A DNA stretch of 24,000 nt from an uncultured beta proteobacterium. Lineage in GTDB: Bacteria > Pseudomonadota > Gammaproteobacteria > Burkholderiales > SG8-39. Numbering within the stretch: the stretch's first letter is position 1; each line of letters opens with the position of its first letter. Positions 22,312-24,000 of this stretch are shown piece by piece. Position numbers and translations under genes: made by a program. Where the stretch lies: NCBI GenBank assembly GCA_963744255.1, contig CAVUSZ010000024.1:22542-46541 (forward strand), written 5' to 3'. The notes below the pieces were generated by a model. That model was not told the DNA's origin. It saw only the letters and a program-made list of their open reading frames with translations, and ran no database searches.

Positions 22312-22521
22312 GGGATGCGTGCAAGTTCAGCGAAGGGGATCATCTTCGTTCGGTTCGCTCAAGTCCGCACGCGGTGCGCCCCGATAAGCGCGGTGGCACC
22401 GCGCGGGCAAGCCCAGTGCCCCGATCGGCATACAGCCTGGCGACGCGCCCTGAGTCGAACGGCATGCGGCTCGCGCCGCCGGCGGTTTCGAGGTTTTCGG
22501 CCACGCGACAGCGTGCTTCGC

Positions 22522-23277
22522 TCACGCGACCGCCTGCTCGCCCAGATAGGCCCGCTTCACCTCCTCGTTCGCGCGGATCTCCACCGGCGCCCCGCTCGCG
22601 ATCAGGCGCCCGTTTACGAGCACCGAGATGCGGTCGGCGAGCCGGAACACCGCGTCCATGTCGTGCTCGACGAGCAGCACCGAGAGCGCGGCTTTCAGCG
22701 TGCCGATGAGCGCGATCATGCGCTCGGACTCCTCCGCTCCCATGCCCGCCATCGGCTCGTCGAGGAGAAGCAGTCGTGCGTTCGTCGCGAGCGCGAGGCC
22801 CACTTCGAGCTGGCGCTGCTCGCCGTGCGCGAGCGAGCCCGCGGGTACGCCGGCGCGCGCGCCGAGGCCGACGCGCTCGAGCACGGCGCGCGCCTCCTCG
22901 AAGAGCGCCGATTCCGCCGCGAGCGGGCGCCAGAACGAGAGGCTCGAGCCGCTGCGCGCCTGCACCGCGAGCGCGACGTTGTCGAGGACGGTGAAGCGCC
23001 GGAAGATGCTGGTGATTTGGTAGGAGCGCGCGAGCCCGAGCGCCACCCGCGCGTGGAACGGGACGCGCGTGACGTCGCGGCCCTCGAGCACGATCCGCCC
23101 TGCGTCCGGCGCGAGCGCGCCGGAGAGCTGGTGGATGATCGTCGTCTTGCCGGCGCCGTTCGGTCCGATCAGCGCGTGGAGCTCGCCGCGCGCAACCTCG
23201 AGCGACACGGCGTCGACCGCGACCACGCCGCCGAAGCGCTTAGCGAGGCCTTCGATCGCGAGGATGGTCTCAGCCAT
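22522..23277 (-). CDS. livG: Branched-chain amino acid (LIV-type) ABC transporter ATP-binding protein
   Basis: The start is ATG 23277 (MAETILAIEGLAKRFGGVVAVDAVSL...). Walker A is GPNGAGKTT, the signature motif is LAHGEQRQLEV and Walker B is LLLLDEP. The 54-aa extension in the track ORF overlaps livM and was rejected. Confidence 0.9.
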   Translation of the reverse strand: MAETILAIEGLAKRFGGVVAVDAVSLEVARGELHALIGPNGAGKTTIIHQLSGALAPDAGRIVLEGRDVTRVPFHARVALGLARSYQITSIFRRFTVLDNVALAVQARSGSSLSFWRPLAAESALFEEARAVLERVGLGARAGVPAGSLAHGEQRQLEVGLALATNARLLLLDEPMAGMGAEESERMIALIGTLKAALSVLLVEHDMDAVFRLADRISVLVNGRLIASGAPVEIRANEEVKRAYLGEQAVA

Positions 23278-24000
23278 TTCTCGCAACCAGCCCGGCCAGC
23301 CCTTGCGGCGCGAAGAGCACGATGGCGAGCAGAATCGCGCCGACGCCGAGCTGCCAATGGATCGTGTAGACCGAGAACACCTCCTCCAGCAGGAGCAGCG
23401 CGACCGCGCCGAGCAGCCCGCCGTAGAGATGGCCGACACCGCCGAGGATCACCATGATCATCAGGGTGCCGGACTGAGTCCAGTAAAGGAGGTTCGGATT
23501 GACGTACGAACTGTGGCTCGCCAGCAGCGCGCCGGCGAGGCCTGCGGCCGCGCCCCCGATCGCGAAGCACACGAGCTTGTAGCGGTAGGTCGGGAAGCCG
23601 ATCGCCTCCATCCGCGTCTCGTTCTCGCGGATTGCTTCGACGACGCGCCCGAAGCGCGCACGGGCCAGGCGATGCAGGCAATACAGCGCGACCGCGAGTA
23701 TCGAGAGCACGAGGTAGTAGAAGGTGATGTCGTCCTTGAGATCCAGGCCCAGCCCCACGGTCGCGCGCGAGCCGAGCCGCAGGCCTTCCTCGCCGCCGTA
23801 GGTCTTCATGCCGACGGCGACGTAGTACATCATCTGCGCGAACGCGAGCGTGATCATGATGAAGTACACGCCGCGCGTGCGAAGCGAGATCGCGCCGATC
23901 ACGACCGCGAGCGCCGCGGCGACCGCCACCGCGGCCGGCCAGCCGATCCACGCGCTCGCGATGCCCTCCGTCAGCAGGATGCCGGCGGTGTACGCGCCTG
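23270..24000 (-). CDS. livM: Branched-chain amino acid ABC transporter permease (LivM-like), 5' end outside the window
   Basis: The frame is open to base 24000 (...GAYTAGILLTEGIASAWIGWPAAVAVAAALAVVIGAISLRTRGVYFIMITLAFAQMMYY...). It has hydrophobic LivM blocks, and its stop at 23270-23272 overlaps the livG start region by 8 nt. Confidence 0.85.
   Translation of the reverse strand, partial: GAYTAGILLTEGIASAWIGWPAAVAVAAALAVVIGAISLRTRGVYFIMITLAFAQMMYYVAVGMKTYGGEEGLRLGSRATVGLGLDLKDDITFYYLVLSILAVALYCLHRLARARFGRVVEAIRENETRMEAIGFPTYRYKLVCFAIGGAAAGLAGALLASHSSYVNPNLLYWTQSGTLMIMVILGGVGHLYGGLLGAVALLLLEEVFSVYTIHWQLGVGAILLAIVLFAPQGLAGLVARNG

Noticed and set aside
22370-22404. GC-rich hairpins considered as Rho-independent terminators: CGCGGTGC/GCACCGCG at 22370-22404, CGCGGG-TTG-CCCGCG at 2662-2676, GGTGCGCG/CGCGCACC at 3920-3941 and GGCCGCG-GT-CGCGGCC at 19641-19656.
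   Set aside because: None is followed by a U-rich tract on the relevant strand, some loops are too short or too long, and such stems arise readily in GC-rich DNA. I could not support calling them terminators.
1-24000. Scan for CRISPR arrays, tRNA/rRNA genes, complete IS elements with terminal inverted repeats, and integron attC/attI sites.
   Set aside because: I noticed no regularly spaced repeats, no cloverleaf-like or rRNA-like segments, and no transposase-like ORF. The only mobility-related sequence is the integrase fragment at 12906-13259. A computational scan (tRNAscan-SE, Infernal/Rfam, ISfinder BLAST) would be needed to exclude small elements.

Overview
This is a GC-rich proteobacterial chromosomal window. 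The gene content (an orphan Bug/TctC binding protein, a Cus/Sil-type RND system, LIV-type ABC genes) fits Burkholderiales best, but that is inference only. I saw no rRNA, tRNA, CRISPR array or intact IS element.

Layout:
- (1) 1-5.6 kb: an accessory/catabolic patchwork. It holds a LigI-like amidohydrolase (5' partial), a DUF1932-type NAD(P) oxidoreductase that looks frameshifted, a roughly 35-codon remnant of an FAD-linked oxidase, a Bug-family binding protein, a mazEF toxin-antitoxin pair with a palindromic operator, a bacterioferritin-like protein, an FAH-family hydrolase and a CBS-pair protein.
- (2) 5.66-9.25 kb (minus strand): a four-gene operon joined by start/stop overlaps. It encodes Rieske oxygenase alpha, Rieske beta, a single-domain MetE-like Zn protein and a class II aldolase-family protein. 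It diverges from an MFS transporter gene across a 386-bp region that carries a perfect 14-bp palindrome. I know of no characterised pathway with this enzyme combination, so it is my best candidate for an undescribed catabolic system.
- (3) 10.8-12.8 kb: a secreted His/Gly-repeat protein and a 2-hydroxyacid dehydrogenase.
- (4) about 12.9-21.95 kb: an eroded metal-resistance island of about 9 kb. On the minus strand it carries a copL/czcI-like gene, cusC, cusB (with a fused CusF-like domain), cusA and cusF. On the plus strand it carries arsR, arsI, a TM1-less aquaglyceroporin and a truncated arsN2. Both island edges are truncation junctions. On the left, cusF runs in frame into an internal fragment of a tyrosine integrase. 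On the right, truncated arsN2 abuts a truncated and frameshifted SDR gene.
- (5) 22.5-24 kb: livG and a partial livM.

Many long ORFs in the six-frame track are GC-driven antisense or overextended artefacts and were rejected.
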